A DNA stretch of 64,000 nucleotides from an uncultured Thermoplasmata archaeon (GCA_963768855.1 CAVYJM010000006.1:384001-448000); one strand, 5' to 3'. Numbered from the stretch's first letter, positions 38,175-48,971 are shown. A program made the numbers and translations. The notes: a model not told the origin generated them from the letters alone.

Positions 38175-39167
38175 TCAATACGTCTTCTCGGACCGGTACA
38201 GGTAGTTCAGGTAGAGCAGGGAGGGGACCACGATCGCCAGGCCGATCGCAAGAGTGACCGTCAGGACGTCCAGCATGGCGGGGCTCGCGAGTGCGTCGGT
38301 CGCGGTCACGTCTGGATAGATCAGGTAGGGATAGTGCGCCGCGGCGAAGGTCATCAGCGCCAGCGCGTCCACCCCCATGAGGATGAGGAAGGCGTAGGGC
38401 GCCTCCGTCCTCTTCCCGCGCCAGATGAGGAACCCACCCAAGGTGAACAGCAGACCCGTCCCGACCATGACGGGCGCGAGACCGACCATGTTGGTGTAGG
38501 CGTATCCCGCGTTGGACCGAAGCAGGGAGAGCTCCACGAGGCCGAGGGCCGCCACCGCCGCCACGGAGATGAGCACGGGCATGCGGTACAGTTCCGCGTC
38601 CTCCGGGTGCTCGTCGTAGAAGCGGCCGAGGGCGCCGCTCAGGAGAATCTGGCCGAAGAACGCGAGAAGGGCCGTCACGTACGTCACGGGACTGGATAGC
38701 GGCGAGAACACATCGAACGTGGGCACCCCGCCCGTGAGGACCACGGGGTTCGACACGATGAGCGTCAACACGACGGACAGCATCGGGAGGATGAGCAGGC
38801 CCGCGACGGCGTAGACGAGCCCGAAGAGGCGGTTCTCCCCCGCGAAGTAGTCGAACACGAGGAACGCGGCCCGGACGACGAACAGGACGACCACGAGCAT
38901 CACGGGGATCAGGAGGACCGTGCCGAGCACCGCGACGAGTCCCGGGAAGAAGGCCGCCGCCCCGACGACGATCATGATCAGGAAGACGTTCGTCACCTCC
39001 CAGCGCGGACCGATGTACGAACGTAGGGAGCGCCGCGCGTCCTCGCCGCGGGGTTGAGGCAGGGAGAGGAGGTGGTAGAACCCGCTTCCGAAATCGATCG
39101 AGGCGAGCAGGAAATACGCTAGGATGGCGGCCCACAGGACCATGTATGGGAAGAACGCGTCAGCCAT
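38175..39167 (-). CDS. cydB: Cytochrome bd oxidase subunit II
   Basis: SIDFGSG, GPRWEVTNVF and YPYLIYP. Confidence 0.9.
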   Translation of the reverse strand: MADAFFPYMVLWAAILAYFLLASIDFGSGFYHLLSLPQPRGEDARRSLRSYIGPRWEVTNVFLIMIVVGAAAFFPGLVAVLGTVLLIPVMLVVVLFVVRAAFLVFDYFAGENRLFGLVYAVAGLLILPMLSVVLTLIVSNPVVLTGGVPTFDVFSPLSSPVTYVTALLAFFGQILLSGALGRFYDEHPEDAELYRMPVLISVAAVAALGLVELSLLRSNAGYAYTNMVGLAPVMVGTGLLFTLGGFLIWRGKRTEAPYAFLILMGVDALALMTFAAAHYPYLIYPDVTATDALASPAMLDVLTVTLAIGLAIVVPSLLYLNYLYRSEKTY

Positions 39168-40464
39168 GGGCCACCCCCGGGACGGTCGTCGGCTCGGGTG
39201 GGCGGGAGCCGTAGATTCGGCGCAGGACCACGACGGTCAGGGCGAGGAGCGCCGAATAGAAGATCACGAAGAAGTAGAACAGGGCGGGCACCGCATCCCC
39301 GGCCTTCGTGAAGCCTTGCTCTACGGTCATCACATGGTAGACGAGCCACGGCTGGCGGCCGACCTCCGTGACGATCCAACCGAGCATGAAGTTCGCGTAG
39401 GCGATCGGACCGGCGGCGACTAGCGCGTAGGTGGCCAATCGCTTGAGCCGCGCCGCTCCACGGATGCGGGACAGGAGAACCGTCCCGACGGAGACGATGA
39501 CCAGATAGATCCCGAACGTCACGAGGAGGTTGAACGCGGTGTGGACGATTCCGACATCCGGCCAGTCCGAGGCGGTGAAGGCGTTCAACCCCGTGACCGT
39601 CCCGCTGAACGAACCGGTGGTGAGGAAGCTCAAGAGCCCCGGGATCGGGATCGTGATGCCGAAGAAGACCTCGGGCGCGCCCGCCTGGGTGCGGTACAGG
39701 GCCTCCATGGCCGCGAACTTCTCCGGCTGGCTCGTCGCGACGAAGGTGGCGGAGAGGCTCCCGCTGATCGCCGCGAGGATTGCGACGACGGTGGCGACGT
39801 CGAGGGCGAGGTTGAACGCCCGCTTCGCGTAGTCGCTCGAATCCCCCTTGAGCCGTTTGTATGCGTAGATGCTCGCGAGCGCGAACGCCGTGCCAACGTA
39901 GCAGGCGATCAGGACGTGGCTCGTCTCGTAGGCCGTCGCAGGATTCAGCATGGCCGCGACCGGGTCGACCGCGACGATTTGTCCTCCGGACAGCGTGACG
40001 CCCGCGGGCGCGTTCATGAAGGCATTGACCGACGTGATCAGGAACCCGGACAGGGCGGAGCCGACGACGATCGGCAGGGAGGCGATCCAGTGCCGCCAGG
40101 GGTTCTTGAACCGGTCCCAGGAGTACATGTAGATCCCGAGGAAGATCGCCTCGACGAAGAACGCGAAGACCTCGATGAACATGGGGAGGATGATGATCTG
40201 GCTCGCGACCGCCATGAAGCTCGGCCACAGCAGGTAGAGCTCGACGGCCAGGGTCACGCCGGTGGCCGCCCCGACGGCGAACAGGAGGACGAACCCGCGG
40301 GACCAGGAGCGCGCCATCCGCAGATAGTCCTCATTGTGCTTCCGGAGCCCAAGGAACTCCGCCGCCGAGATGAACAGGGCGAGCCCGATGCCCACGATCA
40401 GGAAGAGCGAGTGGACGGTCAGGGTGAAGGCCATCAGGAGCCGCCCGTAGTCGAGGGGCGTCAT
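39160..40464 (-). CDS. cydA: Cytochrome bd oxidase subunit I (short Q-loop)
   Basis: TVHSLF (His19), FAVGAATG, AFFVEAIF, SHV (His186), QPEKFAAME and GWIVTEVGRQPW. Confidence 0.93.
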   Translation of the reverse strand: MTPLDYGRLLMAFTLTVHSLFLIVGIGLALFISAAEFLGLRKHNEDYLRMARSWSRGFVLLFAVGAATGVTLAVELYLLWPSFMAVASQIIILPMFIEVFAFFVEAIFLGIYMYSWDRFKNPWRHWIASLPIVVGSALSGFLITSVNAFMNAPAGVTLSGGQIVAVDPVAAMLNPATAYETSHVLIACYVGTAFALASIYAYKRLKGDSSDYAKRAFNLALDVATVVAILAAISGSLSATFVATSQPEKFAAMEALYRTQAGAPEVFFGITIPIPGLLSFLTTGSFSGTVTGLNAFTASDWPDVGIVHTAFNLLVTFGIYLVIVSVGTVLLSRIRGAARLKRLATYALVAAGPIAYANFMLGWIVTEVGRQPWLVYHVMTVEQGFTKAGDAVPALFYFFVIFYSALLALTVVVLRRIYGSRPPEPTTVPGVAHG

Positions 40465-40711
40465 GGACCGGACGACCGACCTCATCCGTCATGCCGTTTG
40501 TTCAAAGACTGTATGTACGCGCGGCCGCTCTCGACGGGAAGCGACGAAAGCCGTAGGCGTTCCTGCGGGGAGGATGGGCACCCCCACGGACCCCGCCGCC
40601 AGCCCAGAGAATTTCGGACGTCCAAAACGGTGCGCCCAGGGTTTATCTACCCCTTTCACCGCCGTCCAAGAAAGGTCAACCCCGCCCCGCGCCTCGAACG
40701 CCCGGGATCCT

Positions 40712-41338
40712 ATGAAATCCACCGCCTTCGCGGTGTCGGTCTTGGCGATCTTGGTCGCCGTGGCCGGCGTCGCCGGATACATGGTCGTGGCCCATGGGAG
40801 CCTGCCCTTCGCCCCCGCGCCCTCGGGCGCGGGCGGCGTGGGCACGTTGAACGTGTACGTGATGGACACGCCTCCGGCCAACGCCACCATGGGGAACGGG
40901 ACCTCGGGGAACCAAGCCTCGGGGAACGTGTCCGTGGGGAACGTGACCTGGAGCCACATCTACGTCACGTTCACGGTGCTCCAAGCCCACGAAGCGAACG
41001 CAACGAACGAGAGCGGCTGGCACAACATCTCCGTGAGCCAAACGGTCGACCTGATGTCGCTCAAGACCGTGTCGGCCCTCCTGGGGTCGGCGAGCCTGCC
41101 CGCGGGGGAATACACCCAGCCGCGCATCGTCGTCGAGAAGGCCTGGGGCGTGACGTCGACCGGGAAGACGTACGACTTCACGGTCCCCTCGGGGGACCTG
41201 AGGACGGACGACCCGTTCAACGTCACGACGGGCCAGACGGCCAGCCTCACGCTGGACGTCAACCTGAGCCACTCGGTCGTGTGGACCGCCAACGGGTATC
41301 TCTTCACGCCCGTGATCGGTTCCATCCAGTCGAGCTGA
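40712..41338 (+). CDS. DUF4382-like secreted or surface protein
   Basis: N-terminal anchor, GTLNVYVMDTP, VDLMSL, LPAGEYTQ.R and LTLDVNL. Confidence 0.75.
   Translation: MKSTAFAVSVLAILVAVAGVAGYMVVAHGSLPFAPAPSGAGGVGTLNVYVMDTPPANATMGNGTSGNQASGNVSVGNVTWSHIYVTFTVLQAHEANATNESGWHNISVSQTVDLMSLKTVSALLGSASLPAGEYTQPRIVVEKAWGVTSTGKTYDFTVPSGDLRTDDPFNVTTGQTASLTLDVNLSHSVVWTANGYLFTPVIGSIQSS
40891..40950 (+). repeat. 4 x 15-bp coding tandem repeat (GGGGAAC...)
   Basis: GGGGAACGGGACCTC / GGGGAACCAAGCCTC / GGGGAACGTGTCCGT / GGGGAACGTGACCTG encode GNGTS-GNQAS-GNVSV-GNVTW. Confidence 0.75.
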
Positions 41339-41392
41339 GCTCCCTCGCCCGCTCGTTCCGAGCGGGCCCTTTCCTCTTTTGCCGGCCCCGGT

Positions 41393-42616
41393 TCACAGGG
41401 TCGCGGCGCGAGGATCGGGTCGCCACGCCACCTTCCAAACCCTCCATAGTGCGGTGGGATCGTTCAGCGGGTCGCCGTGCACCAGGAAGAAGTCCGCGGG
41501 ACCGCCTTCGTGGATCCGCCCCGCCTCCGGTTCTCCGAGCAGTTCTCCTCCTCGGACCGTCGCCGAGGCGAGCGCCTCCCACGGCTTGAGCCCCGCCTCG
41601 ACGAGCGACTCGACTTCCCAGGCGAGATGATTCGCGCGGAGCGATCCGCCGCCGAAGTCGGTCCCGGTTGCGATTCGCACGCCCGCGTGGTGCGCCAGGC
41701 CGACGCTCTCGATGGCTCGCTCCCGTCGGCGCGCGACACGCTCGCGGCCCTCCTCCCCCACGAACCGGGGCAGGGTCGTGGTCTGGGCGAAGGATGCCCA
41801 CGACCGGAAGAGGGCCAGCGTGCTCACGAGGAACGTTCCCTGGCGCGCCATCTGGGCGGCCGCATCCGAATCCAACTCGAAGCCGTGTTCGAGGGAGTCG
41901 ATCCCCGCCTCGATTCCCACCCGCGCTCCGACGAGCGTGCCGGAGTGGGCGGTCACCTGCGCACCGCGAACGTGCGCGAGCTCGGCCACGGCCCGCACGT
42001 CCTCCGTCGACCAAGGCGCCTCCTCCTTCTTCGGCCCGTCCAGGTACAGTTTGAGGAAATCCGCGCCGTCCTCGAGCTGCTTCGTGGCGGCCGCGAGCAG
42101 CTGCGGGCCCTCGTCCGCTTCGACGGTCAGGCCTGCGGGCAGGACTCCGCTGTGGGCCAGCCACGTCCCGGCGACCCGCATCCGCGGCCGCGTGGGGTCC
42201 TTCTGCCATCGATCGCGCACCCGGAGCGCGAGGGCGCGTCGCTGGCCGTCCGCGGCATCGACCGCGGCGGGGGATCCGACATCCCGCGCCCACCTTACGC
42301 CGGCCTGACCGAGGAGGTCCCCATTGTGCTCGGCCACATCCAGCAGCTCCTCGGGGGCATCGAAGCCGCGGTCGATCCAGTGCGAGCCTCCCGGGAGCGT
42401 GACGTGGCTGTGCGCGTCGACCATGCCGGGGACGATCGTCGATCCGCCTGCATCGATCACCCGGACCCCTGAGGGAACGGGCCCCTCCTCCGCCGTCGGG
42501 CGGATCCAGACCACACGGCCGTTCTCGACGAGCACGCTCACGCCCTTCCGGAGGGTCGGACCGCTTCCGTCGGCGAGGGCGGCATCACGATACAGAACCG
42601 AGGGGGAAGGCGCCAT
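41393..42616 (-). CDS. Amidohydrolase family protein
   Basis: PGMVDAHSH, GADFLKLY, VTAHS, SLEHG, IATGTD and GGPADF. Confidence 0.9.
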   Translation of the reverse strand: MAPSPSVLYRDAALADGSGPTLRKGVSVLVENGRVVWIRPTAEEGPVPSGVRVIDAGGSTIVPGMVDAHSHVTLPGGSHWIDRGFDAPEELLDVAEHNGDLLGQAGVRWARDVGSPAAVDAADGQRRALALRVRDRWQKDPTRPRMRVAGTWLAHSGVLPAGLTVEADEGPQLLAAATKQLEDGADFLKLYLDGPKKEEAPWSTEDVRAVAELAHVRGAQVTAHSGTLVGARVGIEAGIDSLEHGFELDSDAAAQMARQGTFLVSTLALFRSWASFAQTTTLPRFVGEEGRERVARRRERAIESVGLAHHAGVRIATGTDFGGGSLRANHLAWEVESLVEAGLKPWEALASATVRGGELLGEPEAGRIHEGGPADFFLVHGDPLNDPTALWRVWKVAWRPDPRAATL

Positions 42617-42640
42617 CGTCCACCCGGATGCCTCACGCCC

Positions 42641-42646
42641 CTTAAG
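42641..42646 (-). promoter_or_regulatory. CTTAAG TATA-like box 25 nt upstream of the start codon
   Basis: The same spacing is seen at 51889 and 57671. Confidence 0.55.
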
Positions 42647-42672
42647 GGATGTGCCGATTCGCCGGGTGCCGG

Positions 42673-43122
42673 TCACGCCGAGTAAGAGGCCGACTCGAGC
42701 GTCCTACGGAGTCGTCGTGCGAGCTCGGCGACGGCCTCCGCGTTCCCGCGAGGCGCCTCGGGCCAGTCGCCTAGGTTCAAGCGCCAGTACTCCTCCGGCA
42801 CGCCACGGTACCGCGCGACGACGAGACAGTGGAAGTGGGGCACCTTCTCGCCGAAGACGTACGTGTACACCTTCTCCGCCCCGACGACCGCCTTCAGCGC
42901 GCGGGCGAGGCGGGTGGCCGTGAGGCCGACCGCTTGCGCCTCCTCGTCCGTCAGCTCGGCGACGCCTGCGGCATGGCGTTTCGTCTGGATGAAGAGATAC
43001 CCCAGGTACTCGGTCTCTTCGTCCATGTAGTGGCTCGCGTGGACGAGGTCGTCCTCGTAAATCGCGCCGCCGGGGATCGCGAGGGGATTCTGGAGCCGAT
43101 CGCAGAAGGGGCAGGAGGCCAT
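42673..43122 (-). CDS. HIT family protein
   Basis: CPFC N-terminus and VPHFHCLV (HxHxx variant). Confidence 0.8.
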   Translation of the reverse strand: MASCPFCDRLQNPLAIPGGAIYEDDLVHASHYMDEETEYLGYLFIQTKRHAAGVAELTDEEAQAVGLTATRLARALKAVVGAEKVYTYVFGEKVPHFHCLVVARYRGVPEEYWRLNLGDWPEAPRGNAEAVAELARRLRRTLESASYSA

Positions 43123-43305
43123 GGGACGGTGGAAGCGGCCCGAGTCATAAACCTGCTCCCGCCCCAGGGGGGGGCCGGCACGACGGCGACGATCCGCATC
43201 GGGCGCGCAACCTTCTTAGTCGTCGCTCGATTTCAGGTCGGCGCACGGAGTGCCTCGGCCGAGCCGTTCGCGAAGGCCCTAGGCCCCCGCGCTGAGGTTG
43301 CGGAC

Positions 43306-43893
43306 GTGCCGGAAGACTTGCATCTGGATCCCAAGCGACTTGCCCTCGTGGTGATTGACCTGCAGAAGGGGATTGTGAGTGTGCCCGGGGCGCCCCACGG
43401 CACCGCGAGCGTCGTGGCGAACGCCGCCCGGCTCGCGGACGCCTGCCGCTCTCGCGGCGCGTACGTGGTCCTCGTCCACGTGGGACCTTCCCCCGACGGG
43501 AAGGATGCGTTGCACCCCGTCACGGATCCGCAGCCCGCGCGGCCGCCCCCGGCTCCCGGGTGGGACGAGATCGTCCCCGAGCTCGGTCCCAAGCCCGGGG
43601 ACCACGTCGTCCGCAAGAGGCAGTGGGGCGCCTTCTATGGCACAGACCTCGACCTCCAGCTCCGGCGGCGAGGGGTCGACACGATCGTCCTCTGCGGCAT
43701 CGCGACGAACTACGGGGTGGAGAGCACCGCCCGCGACGCCTACGAGCGCGGCTTCCACCAGATCTTCGTAGAGGACGCCTGCACGTCCCGAGCGGCCGAG
43801 GACCACGCGTTCACGTTCCGGGCCATCCTCCCGCGGATCGGCCGCGTCCGGAGCACGGAGGACGTGCTCAAGGCGCTCCGCCCGGCCGCCTGA
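43306..43893 (+). CDS. Isochorismatase/cysteine hydrolase family protein
   Basis: LVVIDLQ, KRQWGAFYGTDL and GIATNYGVESTARDA. Confidence 0.9.
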   Translation: MPEDLHLDPKRLALVVIDLQKGIVSVPGAPHGTASVVANAARLADACRSRGAYVVLVHVGPSPDGKDALHPVTDPQPARPPPAPGWDEIVPELGPKPGDHVVRKRQWGAFYGTDLDLQLRRRGVDTIVLCGIATNYGVESTARDAYERGFHQIFVEDACTSRAAEDHAFTFRAILPRIGRVRSTEDVLKALRPAA

Positions 43894-43905
43894 GTGTCGA
43901 CTCCT

Positions 43906-46557
43906 CTACGATTCATCCGGCACGGCGAGCTCACGTCTGGAGTTCGACGGGCAGGGGGCGGCCGCGGGGCCGGTGCGCCCCCTTCTCGAAGGGCGTGCGC
44001 CCGTAGAACCAGTGCTTCATGAGCTCAACGAGGACCAGATAGACGGCCACCATCGCGACGAGGAGTAGGAGGAACTCGGCAGGCAGCGGGATGAAGCCGA
44101 AGAGGGCGCCGAGCGGGCGTGAAGGGGATAACCCAGGCGAACGCCACGACGCCGATGCTCCCGGCCGCGAGGATGCGGCTCGGGCGGCTCTTGAAGAACG
44201 GAATCTTCCTCGTCCGAATCACGAAGATGACGAAGGTCTGCGTCGACAGGGACTCCACGAACCACGCGGTCTGGAAAAGGGCCGCCTTGTCCGGCGTTCC
44301 CGCGGAGAACAGGAAGATCATGATGCCGAAGGTCAGGAAGTCGAAGATCGAGCTGATGGGTCCGAAGGCGAGCATGAAGTTCCGGATGAAGTGGATGTCC
44401 CACTTCCGCGGCTGCTCCACGTACTCCGCGTCGACGTGGTCCGTCGGGATGCCTAGCTCCGAGGTGTCGTAGAGGAGGTTGTTCAGGAGGATCTGGGTCG
44501 GGAGCATCGGCAGGAACGGGAGGAAGACGGCCGCGCCGGCGGCACTGAACATGTTGCCGAAGTTCGAGCTCGTCCCCATCATGATGTACTTCATCGTGTT
44601 CCCGAACGTCCGGCGGCCCTCGAGCACGCCCTCGCCGAGCACCGTCAGGTCCTTCTTGAGGAGGATGATGTCCGCGGACTCCTTCGCGACGTCCACGGCG
44701 GTGTCCACGGAGATGCCGACGTCCGCCTCCTTGAGCGACGGCGCGTCGTTGATTCCGTCGCCGAGGAAGCCGACGGTGTGGCCGTTCTCCTTCAGGATCG
44801 TGATGATCCGATCCTTCTGGTCCGGCGTCACGCGGGTGAAGACGTTGGCCTCCTCGACGAGGAGGGAGAGCTTCTCGTCGGTCATGCCCGACGATCTCGT
44901 TCCCCGTGACGATGCTCTTGATCTGGAAGCCGAGCTGTGGGCACACGCTCTCCGTGACGAGCTCGTTGTCCCCGGTCAGGATCTTCAGTTCGATCCGCGC
45001 GCGCTTCAGGAGCGCGAGGGCCTCCTTCGCCGACACCTTGGGCGGGTCGAGGAAGGCCACGAATCCCAGGAAGACCATGTCGTGCTCGTCGTCGATCGTG
45101 TAGCTGGTCTCTTCGGCGGTCAGCGGTTTGTAGGCGATTCCGAGGACGCGGAAGCCCTGGAGACTCAGGTCGTAGTAGATCTCCTCGACCCGTCTGCGGA
45201 GGTCGGATTTCAGCACCACGATCTGGCCGCGCAGTTCCGCCTGTGTGCACACTCGGAAGATCTCCTCCGGGGCGCCCTTCGTCGCGAAGAACCGTTCGCC
45301 GTCGTGCTGGACGACGACGGAGACGCGCTTCCGGATGAAGTCGAACGGGATCTCGTCGATCTTGACGTACGCGGACACGTCCGGCACCTCATGGGCCAAG
45401 ACGGCTTCGTCGAGCGGGCTCTTGAGCCCCGTCTGATGGCGGCTGTTCAGGAAGGCGTAGCGGAAGACACGCTCGCTTTCGTTCCCCTCGACGTCCGGGT
45501 GGCGGATGAGCTTGATTTTGTTCTCCGTCAGCGTCCCGGTCTTGTCCGTGCACAGGACGTCCATGCTGCCGAAGTCCTGGATCGAGGCGAGTCGCTTCAC
45601 GATCACGTCCTTGTGGGACATGTTCACCGCGCCCTTCGAGAGGTTCACGGTGAGGATCATCGGCAGGAGCTCCGGCGTCAGTCCGACGGCCAAGGCGACC
45701 GCGAACAGGAGGGACTCCAGGACATCCTTCCGAAGGAGGGCGAGGATGAAGAAGACGAAGAGCACGAGGGCCATCGTGACCTCCATGATCAGGATGCCGA
45801 ACTGCCGCAGGCCGCGGGCGGACTCCGCCTCGCGATCGCGGGGCACGAGCTTCTGAGCGATCTGTCCGTACTCCGTGGCGCCCCCGGTCTTCACGACGAC
45901 CGCCGTGGCGGTTCCGCTCACGACGGAGGTCCCGAGGAAGGCCTCGTCATGCCACTCCGATAACCCGACCGAGGCGGAGGCAACCGGGGTCGCGGTCTTC
46001 TCGGCAGGGAAGGACTCCCCCGTGAGCGTGGATTCGTCAACGAAGAAGTCCCTCGCCGCGATGATGCGAACATCCGCGGGAATGAGGTCTCCCGCGGAGA
46101 GATACACGATATCGCCGGGGACGATTTCGGGGAGCGAGATCTCCTTCTTCGCGCCGTCCCGGAAGACGCTTGCCGTCGTGGTGATCCGCGCGGACAGGCT
46201 CTCCGCGGCCTTCTCCGCCTTCCGCTCCTGGTAGAAGTTCAGGCAAACGCTGACCAGCACCATGATGAAGATGATGATCGCGTTGATCTGCTCCCCGAGG
46301 AAGCCCGAGACCAGGCCCGCGGCCATGAGGATGATCACGAGCGGGTTGCGGAACAAGAGGGCGAAGGCCATCACGGCCGTGCGCTTCTTCCGGCGCGCTA
46401 GGGCGTTCGGCCCGTAGGTCTCGAGGCGCTTCCCCGCCTCCTCCGTGCTCAAGCCGCGCTCGGAGGTCGCGAGTCGCCGGTACAGCTCGTCGGTCGGCAG
46501 GCTGAGGAATTCCCTCGCATCAGGCGCTGGCTGGATCGCGCTGGTCGCCCGTCTCGT
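43906..46557 (-). CDS. mgtA: Mg2+-translocating P-type ATPase; +1 frameshifts near 44888 and 44116
   Basis: GLSTEEA..RL..YGPN, LTGESFP, TPELLP, DKTGTLT, KGAPEE, TGDN, GDGIND and MGTSSNFGNMFS. The start is inferred (ACG). Confidence 0.88.
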
Positions 46558-46713
46558 GCCCTCTCACCTACGTGTGTCGCCCCCGGACGGCTTAGAGGCC
46601 ATGCAGGTAAGGGGCGGTTTCAAGGCTTGGCTCTTACTGAAAGGGCTCGGGGGTCGTTGTAACGCGTGGATCGAAGCGTCAGGGTTTTGACGTCGTTCGG
46701 GGTTGACCCTGTC

Positions 46714-47181
46714 GTGCCCGAACCTGAAGTGCCGCCCGCGGGGAATCCGGCGCCCTCGGCCAAGACTGCTGTCCCGCGTGCCGCCGTGCTCGGAGACGCG
46801 AAGATCACGATCGATGCCCCGGCGTTCAAGGTGTTCGCGGCCCTCACGGAACCGGACCAGCTCGCCGCATGGTGGGGCCAGGATGCGCTCGTCGAGGCGG
46901 ACGAGGGTGGCCGCTATGAAACGACCCTCCCCGTCGGCCGCGTCGAGGGAACAATCATCGCGATCGACGGGCCCGGGACGCTGACGTTCACCTGGCCCCT
47001 CATGGCCGAGGGCATCTCCGTTGCCACGAGCGTCCATTACGCCCTGTCGCCAATGGGCCCGCAGACCGCGGTGCACGTCGCCCACCGCGCCCCGCGGGAG
47101 GTCCCCGGGGAGTGGACCGCGCTGTGGCAGTCCGTCCTCGAGTCGCTCAAGGCCTACGTCGAAGGAGTCTCAACCGGATAG
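46714..47181 (+). CDS. SRPBCC/AHA1-like domain protein
   Basis: ITIDAPAFKVFAALTEPDQLAAWW...W...LESLKAYVE. Start uncertain. Confidence 0.75.
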   Translation: MPEPEVPPAGNPAPSAKTAVPRAAVLGDAKITIDAPAFKVFAALTEPDQLAAWWGQDALVEADEGGRYETTLPVGRVEGTIIAIDGPGTLTFTWPLMAEGISVATSVHYALSPMGPQTAVHVAHRAPREVPGEWTALWQSVLESLKAYVEGVSTG

Positions 47182-47271
47182 ACGCCTTGCGGTCCCCGCA
47201 AGGGCAACCTCTTAAGGGCAACCGAAGACTCCCGAATCGATGGGCCGGGCCTCGGTCGTTCACGGGAGACG

Positions 47272-47790
47272 TTGGGCATGGAGAAGCATCGGTTGACGGA
47301 CGGACTCAATCGGATGGACGTGGCGGAGCTACGGGAGGAAGTGGACCAGTTCAAGGAGAACCCGGAGAAGTGCAACATCGTGCGCACGATGACCGCCGAG
47401 TGGCTCGGCGGGACCCGCGCCCGCATCGCAGGCAAGAACAAGGTGCTCCATGTCGGAGGGCCGGAGGATTTCGGCGCGATGAGCGTCGCCCTCGCGAGCT
47501 TCCTCGCCTGCGAGCTCGATGTGATCGCGACCCACGCGACCCTTCGCGGTATTGAGCTGGAGAAGCTCGCCGTGGAAGGGACGGGACGGTTCAACAACGC
47601 TCGCTATATGGGAATGGCCGCTGGGCCGCGTCCCGGGTACGAGAGTGTCGACTACACCGTGCGAATCAAGGCGAAGAACGCGACCCCGGAGCAACTGCGG
47701 GATCTTGTGAGCCTGTGCGAGACCGCCTCGCCGGTCGGGGACACGCTCGTCCGTCCAGTGAAAGTCAGCCTGCACACGGTCATCGAGTAG
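47272..47790 (+). CDS. OsmC family protein
   Basis: ALASFLAC and SPVGDTL..PV.V. Confidence 0.8.
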   Translation: MGMEKHRLTDGLNRMDVAELREEVDQFKENPEKCNIVRTMTAEWLGGTRARIAGKNKVLHVGGPEDFGAMSVALASFLACELDVIATHATLRGIELEKLAVEGTGRFNNARYMGMAAGPRPGYESVDYTVRIKAKNATPEQLRDLVSLCETASPVGDTLVRPVKVSLHTVIE

Positions 47791-47899
47791 GCGCGTCGCG
47801 ATCCCCGTTCTCGCGGGCGCTCCTCCGGAGGATGCGGCAAGGTGTCGCCTTTCTCCAGGGTCAGGTAACCCTAAATAACGGTAGCCCATACGGTCCACC

Positions 47900-48166
47900 A
47901 TGATCTTCGTCACCCTGGTGAAGTTCCGGAGGAAACCAACAAAGGCGGATCAGGCGGAAACGGCCAAGATGTTCGCGCAACAGGAGAAGCTGGGGGTCAA
48001 GAACCTGAGCATCTACTGGACGTTCGGCCGGTACGATGCGATTCGCATCTTCGAAGCCCCTGACGAGAAGGTTGCGATGAAGGCCCTCACGAAAGCGCCC
48101 GACTATGTCGTCACGGAGACGATGGTCGCCCTGCGCCGAGAGGACGCGGAGAAGCTGCTGGACTAG
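47900..48166 (+). CDS. GYD domain protein
   Basis: YWTFGRYDAI.I.EAPD...TETMVA. Confidence 0.85.
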   Translation: MIFVTLVKFRRKPTKADQAETAKMFAQQEKLGVKNLSIYWTFGRYDAIRIFEAPDEKVAMKALTKAPDYVVTETMVALRREDAEKLLD

Positions 48167-48252
48167 TGTAGAAGCCCCGTAGGCGTCGCGCCAGGCGACC
48201 CCTAGCGAGGTCAGCCTGCCCTCCCATCCCGGCTCGACGCGTGATCCTCGCT

Positions 48253-48882
48253 TCACGCGGTCGGGATCAGGTGGGTGCAAATGGAGTCTCCGTCGACGAT
48301 CCACTTCCCGCGGCGGACCTCCGGGGCGCCCGTCGCTGAACGAAGAATCTCTGAGTGGAGGGCTTGGCACACCAGCTCCCGATGCGCCTTGGCGGTGCGC
48401 AGGATCGGGCAGTTGTGGCTCGTGATGGTGCACGTGTTCCCGTGCTCGGACAAGGTCGGCTCGAAACCCAAGCCCTCCAGGCCCGCGACGAGCCTCCGCA
48501 GGTGCGCGCGGTCGGTGCCGGGCTCCGGGACTGCAGATCGGGCGAACCCCTGGGCTACGCGGTGGAGTGTCCGACGCGCGTGGGCTTCTCCCCCGCCTCG
48601 GACGATCTCCGCCACGAGGGCGTTGAGGACCGCGTCGTAGTGCCGCGGGAAAAGCTCCTGGCCCTCGTCCGTGAGGGCGTAGAACTTCTTCGGTCGCCCG
48701 GGTCCGGCCCGCTCGAACCGCTCGCTTACAACCCCCATCGCCTTCAGGCGTTCGAGGTGTTTGCGCGTCGCGCTGACCTGAATTCCCTCGAGAGAGGCAA
48801 GCTGGACCGCTGTCTGCGGTCCCTTGAGTAGATGTTTGACGATGTGTGTCCTCGTGGTTCCGAGGAGGGGGATCTTGTCCAT
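48253..48882 (-). CDS. SufR-like HTH regulator with a Cys motif
   Basis: RKHLERL...GRPKKFYALT...ELFPRHY, followed by NCP...C...C. Confidence 0.8.
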   Translation of the reverse strand: MDKIPLLGTTRTHIVKHLLKGPQTAVQLASLEGIQVSATRKHLERLKAMGVVSERFERAGPGRPKKFYALTDEGQELFPRHYDAVLNALVAEIVRGGGEAHARRTLHRVAQGFARSAVPEPGTDRAHLRRLVAGLEGLGFEPTLSEHGNTCTITSHNCPILRTAKAHRELVCQALHSEILRSATGAPEVRRGKWIVDGDSICTHLIPTA

Positions 48883-48910
48883 GGTGGGCTCTCGGCGCAC
48901 TCAGGTGGTT

Positions 48911-48970
48911 TAGACACTGCAAGGTATTTAAACTTCGCATGCCATCTGCTTAGGCACCAAAAGGTGTCTA
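48911..48970. promoter_or_regulatory. Two copies of the palindrome TAGACACC-N4-GGTGTCTA flanking or overlapping the TATA box
   Basis: TAGGCACC-AAAA-GGTGTCTA at 48951-48970 (1 mismatch) and TAGACACT-GCAA-GGTATTTA at 48911-48930 (3 mismatches). Confidence 0.55.
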
Positions 48971-48971
48971 T

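Noticed and set aside
40891-40950. Short direct repeats as a possible CRISPR array
   Set aside because: The 15-bp period has no spacers, lies in frame within a CDS, and there are no cas genes.
47185-47203. Perfect 8-bp hairpin CCTTGCGG-TCC-CCGCAAGG
   Set aside because: A single occurrence with no U-tract. It cannot be assigned as terminator or operator.
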